A stretch of DNA of 62,150 bases, counting the filler, from Sphacelaria rigidula (lineage: Eukaryota), in NCBI GenBank assembly GCA_964200075.2. It is 9 parts of 9 records of this genome, joined end to end, with 100 filler letters (N's around TTAATTAATTAA, not from the genome) between each part and the next. Parts side by side here need not be neighbours in the genome. Positions count along the whole stretch, not along the records: positions 34,588 to 41,403 come from CAXNAA020017936.1; positions 41,504 to 48,319 come from CAXNAA020017937.1; positions 48,420 to 55,235 come from CAXNAA020017938.1; 6 more parts are not named here. One strand, 5' to 3'. Both the position numbers and the translations under genes were made by a program. The notes beneath the pieces are model-generated. The model saw only the letters and a program-made list of their open reading frames with translations, did no database searches and had not been told where the DNA came from. This document shows positions 36,641 through 50,020 of this stretch, one piece after another; within the stretch, counting starts at the first letter, position 1, and each line of letters begins with the position of its first letter.

Positions 36641-37793
36641 TTTTGAACGGCGAAAAGGCAAGCGTAATTCCGTAGAGCATGTATAAACTGCTGGACATGT
36701 GTACGTAAGTATGCACCGACAAGAGGCTTTTTTGGTATGGAGACCCGGTTTGCCGCGGATCCATTCGGGCCGGCCGGTACGACAATACACGTGATCTGTC
36801 GGCTCTGCCGCAAAAATCAAACATGACCAACCATTTTCGAACCGGACGGCAAAAAAGTGAAAGCCTCACATGACCATCTATGAACCACCAGTCAACACTC
36901 TCACATAATCGAGCGTCTGTGAAACAGTTCAGGAACATGGACGCGTGAAAAAGACGCGTAACGCCGGTCATGTGAAAAGCCTTCACATTTTCCCCGTCTC
37001 AAACCTGACCAGCGATCTCAGTTCCGTCTATCCGACCGATACCAGGGGCTGCAACCCCAATACAATACGGTGTATGTCACCCATACGTGGTGTACCATCC
37101 CCTGATTACTGGAGGCGGGTGACGAGATTTCAGTTATTCTTGGTATCACAATCACAACGCCCCGGTGGTCTAACTGCTACATCTGATTGATTGATTGATA
37201 GATTGCCGCACTTTAACTGACTCATCAGGGATCCAGCTGTGGTCACATGATAGAGGTACCCAAGACAACACAAAATTAAAACACTCGCTGAAGAAAAAAG
37301 AAGAAACAGGGAAGGTAGAACAGAACCAACATAAATGACCAAGGCATGAAAAGAAATTAATAAAAGTAACTAAATATATATATATATATATATGTGTTGC
37401 AACCAGTTAAGCGGAGTCGAGAGGTCGACAACCCACACATAAGTTGTTTTTTCGAGGGATACATACCTGACTTCCGTTGATTAAAACCGTTCGGACGTGA
37501 TGAGTAATAGAGTAAAACTTGTAGAAAGTCGACGCAGACGCGAGGGTGTGCTGATCCAAATCCGCGACATGATACCAAAACGTAAGCAAATGCAAAAAAC
37601 AAATATCAGTTGCTCAGCTACGGCGTAAGGGTTATCGGTGTCGGAGCAGCACGCGATTTTGTCCCAGAATGCAGTCTCGCGCCCAAGAGGCTCAGGGATC
37701 GACATCATGATGACAAGGTCGTAGGATCGGCATAATCGTCAAAGGTTCATCAGCCTCAGGAAGAGGGCATTTATACTGATATCATTTTCTCAC

Positions 37794-37885
37794 CTTTCCT
37801 GTTGTGATGGTTCCGTCAGGCGTGATCGGTATATGTCCTGCTGTGTAGAGTAGATTGCCCGTGCGAACGGTGAGCACGAAGCTTG
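37794..37885 (-). CDS. RidA/YjgF-family protein, exon 2 (ASFVLTVRTGNLLYTAGHIPITPDGTITTGK; absent from the ORF track)
   Basis: CGCAG acceptor and AAG|GTGAGA donor. Phases match exons 1 and 3. Contains the V..GNLL...GH.P motif. Confidence 0.88.
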
Positions 37886-38696
37886 CTGCGACGGGGAATA
37901 ACAGTAGAGGAAAGGACGACGACAAAGCAGACATGGAGCCAAGTAAAAACACACGGGGAGCTTACACGGGGAGGAAGAACAGATGGAGCGGGATGATCTC
38001 ATATGTGCGAAAAATCGATACATGGAGACGATGCAGTACACGGTGCAGTACACGCTCATACACGGCTCCCTGCGTGCTCACAGACTAGACATAACACCGT
38101 TGGCAGAGTCCGTAGCTCGCATCTTCAGTCGCAGCAATCCCTATGTTTCAACGTCATGCTGGGCCAAGTTCAGCATTCTGTAACGCAACGTGCCGCCGGT
38201 AATGAGGAACAGTCGCAGCATTGCGGGGTATTCCATATTCCAGCAGGAAAGGAGCTGTTCCTATACTTTCAGACTCCAAAGACCTGCATGAACCAGTACC
38301 ATGGCCAGGCAAACGCAATACTCAACTAGAGAACTTGAGCTAGTGCTTTGGTAGAGCTTGGTAGAGCTACTCTACCACCAGCTGCTTGCTCCTACGTTAT
38401 CTGTGCCTTCGTGAAAAGATTCGGGTGACGGGGAATAACACCCTTTATCGATGAGTGATTCAACCCCATTTTTTTCGAAGAATTGCGACGAGCTGTTCGT
38501 TTTTTGTCATCATTCTTGGGAAGATGAAACCTCTTGGGAGTGCAATCTCCTACATCAGAATAAAATTGAAGAAGGTACCCTTATCAACCGGGAGGTGCAA
38601 TGCCAATTCACTGCCGCGCATGTTCACTCATGCACTGAAAAGGATCATGTCTGCACTGCTGACATTTTGTGTGCACTCTGGGTAGGCTATTTGTAC

Positions 38697-38832
38697 CTGC
38701 TGGCGCCCTTGGTGTAGGGAGCTCGATGCCCATCTTCTGCAGCCGCTCTTCCGTGTGCACATGACGTGCTATTCCTCCTCCCCAGCTTCGCTGTACCGCT
38801 CTAAAGCCATTGCTTGATACCCGCCTGAGCAT
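38697..38832 (-). CDS. RidA/YjgF-family protein, exon 1, with probable mitochondrial presequence (MLRRVSSNGFRAVQRSW...EERLQKMGIELPTPRAPA)
   Basis: ATG start; Arg/Ser-rich leader free of acidic residues; E.RL..MGI.LP.P..P motif; CAG|GTACAA donor. Confidence 0.85.
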
Positions 38833-40136
38833 CGTTTCCAGTACTCACAAAACAAACTGAAGCTTGATGCAGTCGCCGCTTGGTACATTGTGCGTACTCT
38901 GGATACTACCCGTGCAGCGGTCATGTTCCACGCGTCGCCAGTCTTGCTTCCTGGAACAGGGAAGGCAAAAAAAAAATCTCCGCTCTTTTTTCAACTTTGT
39001 CGTGAAATTTGGTTCATTCATTTGCGCACTTTTCATCTGTAGAGCACAGCTATGCAAGTGTGCGAGAGGGAGTGAAATATATGCTTACCATGTTAGTCGT
39101 GACCGCGGGTCTGACCACAGTATAAAGTTCATGAGTTGAGATAATCGGAACAGTAATGACGGGCGAAAAAAATGTACCTTCCTTGGGCACACAGCGCGCA
39201 ACACGCAGGAGCCTGTTACCCTCTTCGGGCATTCGAGTAGCTTGCTATGATTGGAGTTTCTTCGGGGCTGAGGCGATTATCTCTTCGTGCTTCGCAACAT
39301 GTGAACCTGCTTCAACATCAACATCAACATCAACATGTGAAAAATCCAGGTGGCTCTTGGTCGGTTTGATATAGGATGATCACTCCGCTGCTCCCCACGA
39401 ACGTCCTGTCACACATGAGCTAGTATACCTGTAGAGTGCACTAAAATGCATCAGCAGTGCTTCACTACCAAAGGGACATCAAGGCCGTAAATATCATATG
39501 TTTGAAGGAAAAGTACAAATGCATTTGCAGTCCTATACAGGGGTGCATCACGAATACAGTACAGTACAGTATTTTAGTATACTGACTTTACTAGAACATA
39601 TCTCATCCGCCCGGCGACGGGGTATAACACCCCCTTTACAGAAGCACTGGCCGCCGTGTCGTGAAGCAGCACCTAGTTGAGTGGAATTGTGGTTCGTGCG
39701 ATCAAATGTTTGCTCCATGAACACCCCCATTATTCACACTTGTGGTCCCCTGTCGTGTCTGATTTGAAACCTCGATCTACTGGAGAAATGAGATTGTACG
39801 AAAGGTGTGAAATAGGTGCGGCGCTGCCAACTCAGTTCGAGTCCCGCCGAATGTTTTGAAACTTGGGGCTGCTGATTCGACGCAGGTTATGATATATGAA
39901 GATATCACCCACGTTACAAGTGAGTCTGACCGTGGAAGGATCTTCAAATATCAACATCTAGTTACACACGATGCAGGAAAGCAAAAGTTGCACCATCAAC
40001 TCAATTAACCATGTTTTGCATGTGTGCATCTAGCTTTTCGTTTGTCCCACGTGTAAGACCCGCTTGGTGTACATCCATCAATGCATCAGGAATAAAGGCA
40101 ATTTACCCAGAACAGTGTTTTACCTTCCGAATTTCC

Positions 40137-40705
40137 TCAAGGGTCGGACGACTCAACGCTGGTTCGAACAACGATTTCAGAGGGCTGAATGCTCGAAAGA
40201 GAGAGAAAAAAGTTGACCGTGGAACAACGAAGTCGACACTAAATTTGTGCATTTCCACATACAACAATGTTTTCGTGAGATTGAGAGTAGAGGATACGAT
40301 TGAGCGTGAAAACCGATCAATCAGTGAATTAATCGTTTCAGTTCCGAAATACCCCTCCACGCGGCCCATTATTCTTTCTGTAGTAGCTTGCCACTGAGGC
40401 GTTTGATAGCCCTGAGTAGGATATCGACGTGCAGCTGTAAGCCCACGGCAGTGATAAAGACAAAGAAAAGCACACACAGAATGAAATATTGGCTAAGTTG
40501 AAACGAACGATTACAGCCACTCTCAATCCGCGCTCTACTCTCAATCTCGCGAAAACGTTGTTGTTCCTGGTGTACACTTACGTGGGGTGCGCGTACCTAG
40601 AGTGCAGTGCTGAAAACGAAACCAGAGGATTATTTTGTACGGTACGAGCCAATGAAACTAGGAACGAGTAATTTTCAGAAGAATCATTATTCGTCCGACC
40701 CTTGA
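40137..40705. mobile_element. MITE with perfect 15-bp terminal inverted repeats TCAAGGGTCGGACGA, carrying a nested element
   Basis: 40137-40151 is the exact reverse complement of 40691-40705. The right subterminal region is homologous to 35130-35221. Confidence 0.8.
40261..40564. mobile_element. Nested MITE with 32-bp terminal inverted repeats (ACAACAATGTTTTCGTGAGATTGAGAGTAGAG)
   Basis: 30/32 match between the two termini. Single ends of the same family occur at about 19120-19144, 52385-52410 and 55124-55170. Confidence 0.8.
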
Positions 40706-43454
40706 ACTATTCACACTCTGGGGCGGGGAGCCTCCCGTGGTCCTGCGGGGGGGTTGTTCCGCCCCGGCGGCCGTCGAGAAGCTATCGACTGTTGTTACTC
40801 ACGTCGAGGAATACGAGGGTGGTAGCGACAGGTGGTGGCAGCAATGACCAAAGAGTTCCTGGTGCCCCCAGCGCTCCTAGTAACAGTGCCCGCTCGGGCC
40901 CCAGGGTATAGGGTGTTGGTGTCGCGGGTGGCATGGTGGCTACCTATGCTGATGTTGCTCATCGGGGGACACGACACCGGTAAAGACATTATCGACGTTG
41001 TCGACGATGATATGAGTCCGGGTGAACTCAGGGAGGTCACCACCATCGCCACTGAGGGTTCACTGGTTCAGAGCTCAAATGTCCGCATGTTCAGCAGGCC
41101 ATCTGTTGAATCTCATCATTTTCACTGAAAAAACTACGAAGCCCTAGATGACCAACCTGGCGGTCAAAGGGTTGAAAATCTGGCGCAGCCGGACAAGCGG
41201 TTCGCCGGCGGCGGCTCGGGGGGGTAGGGCTCCCCTTGTAAGGGCCTCAGAGGGGCGATTTTCTCGGAGTCCATTAACTCGTTTAGGCTTGTGAACGGTG
41301 GGTCTACAGTAAAGGTACCTGCGGTACTCTCTGAGGACCGACGCCCGGATGGGTAGGGTGACTCGTGTACAGAGTCGTGCTAGGGGACATTGTAGGAGGT
41401 TTGNNNNNNNNNNNNNNNNNNNNNNNNNNNNNNNNNNNNNNNNNNNNTTAATTAATTAANNNNNNNNNNNNNNNNNNNNNNNNNNNNNNNNNNNNNNNNN
41501 NNNTTGAGGAGAGGTGCAAATCGACAAAGAAGCAACATGAACTGGAAATTACCCCCCCCCCTCCCCAATCAGGTCCATTTGACTGAAGTTTTCAGGATAA
41601 CGTCTGCCCCATTCCCGATGAGCTTACCAAAAATAATTGTAAAAAGAAAAATATCGGTCGTCATGAGCTTACTCTCCCCCAAGTTTTAGACTCCACCTTT
41701 CAAACCCAGCGTGAACAATCCAAAATCCGTACTGTACTGTACTGTAATGTATATTCCTAACGGGGTGAAGTTCCCATACATGAAATTTCGTGAACCATTC
41801 TGTTCCCCACATGGTTGTTTCGGCCATTACTTTCGAACGACAACGAGTTATAAGCCGAAACAGCCACCTTTGTTCTTAACTTGGTTCTGCTAACAGCTAC
41901 ACGCCCACTACATCCCACCGCAATAGGGCGGGAATCCGTGTATGTTGATATTCGTACCAAACCCGCCACGAACGGGTACCGCCAGCAAACCGTATCGTAT
42001 GTGGCGTGTGGTGCCTCGGGACAGCGTGAAATGATGCTGTCTTTATGACGGATCAGAGCCCGCGACGGACTCCAGATTTGTCCTTATGTGTTACTGTTGC
42101 TGTTGCTGTTGTTTTTTTGCCGGAGGGACTTCCCGGAGACGATGAGTAGTTGGACCACTTGGACCAGCTTGTAGCGATATCTATTGTAGTACTATAAGTA
42201 ATACCTGAACCCAGTGAGGTTGAACTAACGTACTGTACTGTACTATACTGTATGTACTATACATTTCTTTCCTGCCGGTGTATGGTGTATGCTAGAGCGC
42301 TGTGGTACCTCGCTTCATTGTGTTTGTCCATAGGTGAGAGGGTCTACACCCTAAATAGAGCATTTGTAGTAGATAAGCTGCAACCTTTTCTTTTCCACAG
42401 CCTCGTGATTTTTACGTCTGGGTAGGAGAGCGGTTCTGCGCAAGACTTTTCCGCCGAAGCCATGTACGTGGCAGAGGCAGAGGCGGGCCGTTTCTTTTTT
42501 TCATTCATTTATTTTCTTTCCAAGTCTTAGTCTACTGTTTTGTTCTGTTTTACCTTTCTGCTTGTTCTTTATTCTTGAGCGAGTGTATCAGTTTGATTTT
42601 GTCTCGACAACGACTATGATGTGACCATGGCTGTATCCCTGGGGGGTCAGTTAAAGCATGACAATCGAAAAAATAAAATGAAATAAAATCAACCATCTCT
42701 TGTCGACACCCGATGAAAGAACAAGGTAAAATAGGTGAGACATCCACTTATGACTCTTGAGTTGTTGACCACGTACTGTACATCGGCCAGAGTTGTCGAG
42801 CGCTTGCTTCCTCTACCCGTAGAAATACTCATCACACCGTGCCATGCGTTCATCCAAGTAGGGGTGCTGTGTCATGATACTACTGTACATACATGGCTTG
42901 GTGGTGTTGGAACAAATACGACGGGTATCGCTCAGCGGTTGAGAGATTTACGTCTATTGGATCGTTGCGTGAATCGCTGTCAGGAATACAGGGCAACCCT
43001 TGTTAAATTCCCCGTGATCGAACAGAGTAGAATCAGAGATGATGAGTTCTGAGCATGGTTACATTCTCACATCCTTCAGTTTAGCATAACTTCAAAAACT
43101 TTCCCATGCAGCTCTAGGTGACACGTGTTGCAGTGGTTACGAGCAAATTTTCCAAACATTTAGCGAGTGTCCAACCATTTTGAAAAAACAACAATCGAAG
43201 ACCTTACTTCAAAATCTGTGATGGTCTTGTGAATCGAGGTGTGTCCTACTAATATATTATAATGATGGATCGACCACCTGCAACGGGCAGAACTTACTCT
43301 GTCTTGCAGCACGTATGAACTTGGGGAAAATCGGAACCTTTCCGCTCGCGGGGAAGAGAAATTTTCCGAGTTCCGGCAAGAATATTACTGTATCACGTAA
43401 AGAAATGTAATTTTTCAGGTTTCCCGAGGTTCCGGAATATGCGTCACCTCTTGA

Positions 43455-43476
43455 CCCTAACCCTAACCCTAACCCT
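43455..43476. repeat. Short interstitial telomere-type repeat (CCCTAA)3-4
   Basis: CCCTAACCCTAACCCTAACCCT. A degenerate GGGTTA/GGGTTG tract also occurs at about 14158-14195. Confidence 0.7.
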
Positions 43477-43959
43477 CATCTCTTGCACACGTCGGATAAC
43501 CCATGAGCTACCTCAACATTACCCCTCGTTTGTGTACTGATCCGGATCATGAGCTCCATTGTATGGCCCCCTGTTCCATGTTCGCTCCCGGCAGTGCTGG
43601 GCACTCACCACACTGTATAGCACTATGGCTGCTCCAACCCCACTGTTATGTATCTAGTGATACTGGACAAGGGATATGAGAATCATCTTTGCTACGTTAT
43701 TCTAGGTACAATACCTCATACGCTCTCCGATGTGTCAAGTCTTGTAAAGGAACTACTCGGATTTTCCAAGTCTCGGGATTCCGGTATGCCACTGCCACTG
43801 TATCTCGATTACGTCCAACCCCGACGTTTGAGGTAACGGCGAGGTAGTTTCCAACATTACCCAACTTGAAATCTAGAACGAACAAATTACCTATTTTTTT
43901 TTTTCGGAAGAAGCAGGGTGAGGAGTTGAACACGGTTTTGTTCTTAGGGTCAAGAGTGG

Positions 43960-44023
43960 AACGTGTTAACGTGTTAACGTGTTAACGTGTTAACGTGTTA
44001 ACGTGTTAACGTGTTAACGTGTT
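43960..44023. repeat. Perfect octamer tandem repeat (AACGTGTT)8
   Basis: Read directly from the sequence. Confidence 0.95.
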
Positions 44024-44949
44024 TCATGTCTTGAACTTGTCGCATATTCATCTTGCTTTGTTTTTGGACTCTCACAACAAGCCCTTCAATGAGCGCTTCT
44101 ATCTCATGCAAGGAACAGTAATAGAAGTGACGGCACTGGAAAGTTGGCCTTGCGTCTGTTGCCACGGTTTCGACATTGGGCTCATTTGCGGAAACAATAG
44201 TAGTAACAATAATAATTCTACGTGGTACTATAATGATGATTTTTTAGTATTAATATCAATAAATTAAGAGCATTACCAATGATAATATGCGCGCAGTCGC
44301 CACAGAAGGGCACACCTTACATTCATATGTTGAAGGGGGGGCGCATGTATACCATGGCGTTGTTCTAACCACGACCATAGTTTGAAACTTGTTGTACAAT
44401 TCGTCGCAAAAAATGATGTTATGACCGAACACCCTTGTGGGGTAATACAGTACAGCTGATTCCACCATTCTATGTACGGACCACGATCTATCCCAACCCA
44501 TAAGTTACACTTCCGGTTGATATGCTTCGCCACATACCAACCACGAGTGTTTGATGATGTCGTTGCTTGAAGTGGTATGGAAAATTGGTCACAGGGGCAG
44601 GAGACCGGAGCCAGCCTTGGGGCCGGGGTGACTCGAGGTCTAGCGTCCATGTGGTGTCTCATTTCCTGGCCTCATATTCGTTGTTCAAGCGTCATTTTAG
44701 AAGTTATGAACTCTTCATCTTTATCGCTGTAGCCGTGTGATACTGCCAGCGTTTCCCATGAGATCTCCGCATGAAGTCAGTTGCTGGTCTACGCGGTATT
44801 GATTTTGACCTGATATGGCATATCTTCGTCAAGGCACTACTAATATAAACGTGCTGTAGCACCCACCTACGTAGCTCGAGGGTAATCCATTTTTTCTTCT
44901 TGTTCATCTCATTTTTTGTCGTCATCCATGTTTGTGATGCTGCACACAG

Positions 44950-45034
44950 GGAGCGGGACTGTTCCTGGCGGAAATGGCGGTGTCGAACATGCTGGGGGTG
45001 GACGCCCTCAACACCGTGGTGCCCCTTACGCTCG
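44950..45034 (+). CDS. Peptidase M41-like (FtsH-related) membrane protein, exon (GAGLFLAEMAVSNMLGVDALNTVVPLTL)
   Basis: CACAG acceptor and G|GTGAGC donor. The phase-1 join to 46805 gives TLG-LWVMD. Hydrophobic segment. Confidence 0.75.
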
Positions 45035-45131
45035 GTGAGCCATGTTTGTTTTTTTGTAAGCTTTTGGAGCGCTACAGTGCCGTTGATGAGGGACGGTGTA
45101 GTATAGCAGTTGATTCGCTTTGTTAAATTCT

Positions 45132-45342
45132 AGAGGTATCTCAAACTTAGCTCCCGGTATTCTGGTTTATTCGCTGGCCCTGAGTTGTGTGCTATTTTTT
45201 CAAGTGAAAGTGATCGCGATTCATGGGAGGATCTGACCTGGCGGTTAAAGGGCCTCATAATCCGATGAATCGCCATCACTTTCACTTGAAGAAATAGTAC
45301 AAAACAAACCAGGATACCGGGAGCCGAGTTTGAGATACTTCT
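45132..45342. mobile_element. Intronic foldback MITE with GAGGTATCTCAA termini
   Basis: Arms match in reverse complement, including TTCAAGTGAAAGTGAT/ATCACTTTCACTTGAA. Same family as 22706-22790. Confidence 0.75.
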
Positions 45343-46804
45343 TGTACGACTACAGTTGTGTTGTTGTGAATAATCAAGCCTTTTCTAGATACGGCACGAG
45401 CTAGGGCGGCGTAAAACTACGTTGTTCGAGAGGAATCATATATTTGACACCCTGGCCAACGTGGATTGCCTTGTCAAAAAGCGTACTGCGTACAGCATCG
45501 ACGATTGCGTCCATTGCAATAGATGGTAGATCCCATACTATGTAATCTATTGCCATTATGTTTTGGACGGCACCGAGTAAGAGCACGCTGAGGGTATCAT
45601 AGTTATCGGTCAGGTAGGGCAGTCACGCGGAGCCATCCAGCTATTAATTCGAGAATCTAGAATGTAGCGAGTTGGTGCCGTGAAACTGGCATCTTTTTGT
45701 TGTGTTGTCAATTTTGATGTTATCAGCTTCTTGTGTTGGCCCTTCTGCAAATTTCCCAGGAAAAATATTGAGAATATGCTATAAAGGGTCTGAGTACTCG
45801 CGCAGCAAGCCAAACTATTATGTGCCGTCTGCTGACGCAGTGCAATGTATGTTGTATGTTGTACGTTGTGTGTACTGTGTTGTGTAATGGGTCGTGCCAT
45901 TACCTTGGCTCATGGCGAAGCGCTACTTGTACTTGTACTTGCACTTGTGCCCGAGGCGTAATTTCACGCGTTTGGCTTCGCCACTAATAGTGCAGAGAGT
46001 GCGATTCGGCGTCTGCGAAGAGAGGAGGGAAAATTGTAGTATGACCAATAAATGAGTCTGAAAACAACGGAAATATCTGTGTCCAGGTACTGTAACGGTG
46101 TTTTTGGCTGGGCACACGACTCGGTATACATGAGGGGCGGGTATTGTACCGATAGAAGCGAAAGCACCACCGCTACACTCGTGTAGCACAGCACTAATTG
46201 TACTATACTTGTGTACCTTGTGTTTGTCGCTGCTGCTGTACTGCGTTAATAGTGTGCTCTGCCTCTTTTTGGTTGGTGCCGGCGCTAGTTTATACCCGGG
46301 GATGACATGAGACTGCCGAGGGCCGCCTTCGGGTGTACTGCTGACTGTCCTGTGTTACGTTTCGTCGCTCTTGTGTGCATCTATGCGAGAGACATGGGAG
46401 GTGACTAAACATGCAGCCTTATGGCAGGGCTAACATGATCTGAACAGTATTGTTTTTTCTTCATGTTCCGTGCTGTTTCCGCTTCTCGAGTTGGCAACAT
46501 CTATGATCCGTGTTTGCTCTTTCATTTGCCAGCGTGGAGGAGCATCCTCTGGAGGTCGCTACTGCAGAGCTATCATCACGCGAAGAGCAACGATTGCTGG
46601 GTTTTATTTTCTGTCGTTTGACCGTGGGTCTAACGGAACAGGAGCATGTGAACACCATGTGTTTTTTTTTCCTCTTGCCGATTATGAGCAATAACTCGAA
46701 TCACTTATGATTGAGGGGAAAGCGGAGTGTCACCCCATCTCTGTGTGAAACAATTTTTTTCCACATGATGCTGTTATTTTGTTCAAATGTGTCGTGTTCC
46801 ACAG

Positions 46805-46974
46805 GCTTGTGGGTGATGGACAAAGTTCTGATCGGAGGAGCAGCGGCGGAAACTGCGATACGCACTGTGGTTCCCGGCTACCGAGAGAAGATCGTCAGGC
46901 ACGAAGCTGGGCATTTCTTGTTGGCTTACCTGCTGGGCTGCCCGGTGCAGGGATGTCTGCTCGACCCTTTTGAG
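46805..46974 (+). CDS. Peptidase M41-like protein, exon with HEXXH zinc motif (REKIVRHEAGHFLLAYLLGCPVQG)
   Basis: CCACAG acceptor and GAG|GTGAAC donor. HEAGH in the context typical of AAA-less FtsH-like proteins of plastid-bearing organisms. Confidence 0.9.
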
Positions 46975-47004
46975 GTGAACTTTTTTTTGTTACAGTGCAC
47001 AAAA

Positions 47005-47140
47005 ATAATGACGATGATGATGATGATGATGATGATGATATGATGATGGCGATCATTATTCGATCTTGCAACAGGTTGAGGTACAGCGTTTATTTTATAA
47101 TGACGACAATGATGGTAATGATGATGGTGATGATAATGCA
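47005..47140. repeat. (GAT)n microsatellite in an intron
   Basis: Read directly from the sequence. Confidence 0.85.
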
Positions 47141-48048
47141 ATCCTGTAACAGGTTGGGATACAATTTCATTTTCAATGGTGTTATTCTGTCCGGGTACAT
47201 TTTCTAAATCGGCGTCGATTAATCGTTTCGGACAGTAGCCGTATGTAAGAAAACATCATGTCACTGTGCTTGCGGTATGTGCTGGCCTCGATTCTCATCA
47301 AAAACTGCTGCTGCAGCCGACAGAAAGCGTCACCATTTGGCTTCAGTGGAGAAGGGGACTAGGTTTCTCATGTCTGATTCGGTACGGTGCAACATGGTGT
47401 ACATTGTCGTAGCATTATCATCCGGAGTGATCACTCTTGTGCAGCAATCGTGACCTGATCGCGCTTGGACGGGTGATACGTGTACGTCGGAGCTCCTCCA
47501 TCCACTCATCCGAAGAAACAGACAGCTCTTGGTGAAGTGTGAGATTGGCTGCGCACCGTAAATAAGCAGACGGGGTTTTGACTTGACATGAAACGTGCAT
47601 GCTTTCCTGTCCTTGGGCGTGGAGTTGTCGGCATAATGACCGCCCAAACGATGCTACCTCCCCATTTTTCCGCAGAAAATATTCTGTGTTGTGTATGAAG
47701 AACCGAATCGGAAGCGCATCCCTCAGAATGATCCTAACGTGCTGGAAAAGAAGTACGTGCGTGAAGAGGCGAAAGTTAGGTTGCAATCTGTCGAGCACGG
47801 CGGAAAAGGATACACATCTGTGATGGATACAGTACCGATGACCTGGCCGTCGTAAGCTCACTCGTGTACTCAATGCCAATGCCCGTGTTGTTTGTCAATA
47901 CATTTTTGAATACCGATGGCGTGTCTGTTTGATGTCCATGAACATCAACAGTTGATCGGCCACATATATTCCGGATATCACGGACATCACCAACGACAAG
48001 CTTTTAAAAATTTCCTCGTGAACATCCGCAAATTGATGCACGGGACAG

Positions 48049-48216
48049 ATCGGCAAGTTCGCAGCATCTGGAGCTCAAGGAGGCACGATCTTCGCGGATC
48101 CTGCTTTTGCCAAAGGAATCCAGTCCGGAAAACTCACGAGGTCAGCGATAGACCGGTTCAGCATCGTACTAATGGGCGGTATTGCGGCTGAGGCGATGCA
48201 GTACGGCACATCCGAG
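48049..48216 (+). CDS. Peptidase M41-like protein, exon (IGKFAASGAQGGTIFAD...DRFSIVLMGGIAAEAMQYGTSE)
   Basis: GACAG acceptor and GAG|GTAAAA donor, 56 codons in phase. GGIAAE corresponds to the M41 GG..AE motif. Confidence 0.9.
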
Positions 48217-48899
48217 GTAAAAGCCACAAGTTCAGGATTCCCCCCCGCCCCCCCCCCCCCCCCCCCCCCGCCGGGCCGGGCCGCCCCTGAGCAACTGGCT
48301 ACAACGCGCAACCAACCGANNNNNNNNNNNNNNNNNNNNNNNNNNNNNNNNNNNNNNNNNNNNTTAATTAATTAANNNNNNNNNNNNNNNNNNNNNNNNN
48401 NNNNNNNNNNNNNNNNNNNTATTCTTTGGTATCGCCACTTCCAGAGACAGCCACGGCTTCTACACTGCCTCATGGGTGCATACCAGCGGGGGGGCTGAAG
48501 ACGCGACGGCATACCTTGCTTGTGCGAAAACCCTGTGATTTGATGAATGTGACCGCCGCATCGCTTCATGTTTTCAGCCTGTCTCCGCCTCCTCGTGGCG
48601 TCAAAATTTTAATTGGGCTCAGGACGAATATCACCACGCTGGAGGGATTGCTGGCGGCGGCCACTATGTTGCCGCGCGCTGACCAACTCGAATTGTTCCA
48701 AGAGTTGCAGAAGATGCTACAAATTTGATTGGTTAGATTTCAGTGCCGGGAAGCGAAGGCCCCGGGACAAACATGGGATGGACAAGGATAGAATAGCCGA
48801 GAGGGAGAACGAGACGTGCCTCGTCAAGGTGACAACTAAGCATCACCTGCAACCTGGGCCCTGCGTTTTGGGATGTTCGGCTTGATGGTGGTAGTAGGG

Positions 48900-50020
48900 C
48901 TGTGTGATAACAAGACCCCAAAAAACGAATGGGAACGAATGATACCCGGAGACATTTTTTGCTAGGAGGCGTTGAGTTCCTGGATTGCTTGACATACCTG
49001 GGTACAAGGCGCTGCTGTAACCTTTTCGTTAGGTTTTTAGCTCTTTCTCATGGAGTGGAAACTGTGTGTGTGTGTTTATGTGTGTGTGACCCGCGAATGA
49101 AGGAGGGGGGGGGGCGGAAGGAGAGTGACGGGGCGCGTATGGTGGGGAATTTGACGTTCAGTTGACACCGTTGAGAAAATGATGCTGCTTCATGTTTGCG
49201 CACGTTATGATGTTGCTTGCCATGTGTTCTACATAAGGTCTTAGTGTGGAAGTGTGCTCCACACTGCTGTACAGTATATGCGGGAGTACGGAAAAATATG
49301 ATGGGTGGTTGTGTTGAATGGGAAAATGGGACAGGCAAGTACGTACCACGCAAAGCGTCACCACCCGCGTCATGCGAAGTGGGTTCTATACCGACGACGT
49401 GGAAGACAGCGGCGGCTCGTTTTGTGCTGTGGCGTTACGTTGTGGCACCGGTACATGATACGCGGTGGTGTGTGATAACAAGACCCCGAGAAACAGTCGG
49501 AAATGAATGAAAATCAATTTTGTTGGTGCAAGGAGGCGTCGAACACCCGGATCGTGACATCTCCGCGTACCGGGCACTACTGTAGCCTTTCTGTTTGTTT
49601 CTTTCTGGAAGATGTTTCAGCCTCACTGGAAGAGGTGTGTGTGTGTGTGTGTGTGTGACACGCGATTGGGGGAAGGGGAGAGGCAGGGCGCCTGTGGTGG
49701 GAGTCTCCATGCTCAGTTGACACGGTCAAGGAAATTCTGCCTTATGCTTCCGAACATTGTAGTTTTGTGTTTTCAAGTGCGCTCCGCACTGCTGTACAGT
49801 AAATGCTCGAGTGCCGAAAAAATTATGTACGTGTTGTGTTGGAAAATATTTTCACGAAGAACGGGTCGGGCAAGTGTCACGCAAAGCGCCACCACCCGTG
49901 TCGCGCGGAGTGCGTTCTATTCCGACGACGTGGATAACAAGGCGGCGGCTCGCTTCGTTGTATTTTGTTGCGTAGTAAGATCAGAACATCATGCGTGGTG
50001 CCGTGGCATGATTTTTTATG
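48900..50020. repeat. Diverged tandem duplication, about 570-bp unit, 2 copies, each containing a (TG)n tract
   Basis: Colinear blocks GGAGGCGT, (TG)n-GAC.CGCGA, TCAGTTGACAC, CACTGCTGTACAGTA, CACGCAAAGCG.CACCACCCG and CCGACGACGTGGA in both copies. Confidence 0.8.

Noticed and set aside
43455..43476. True chromosome end
   Set aside because: Only 3-4 CCCTAA units, internal to a contig.
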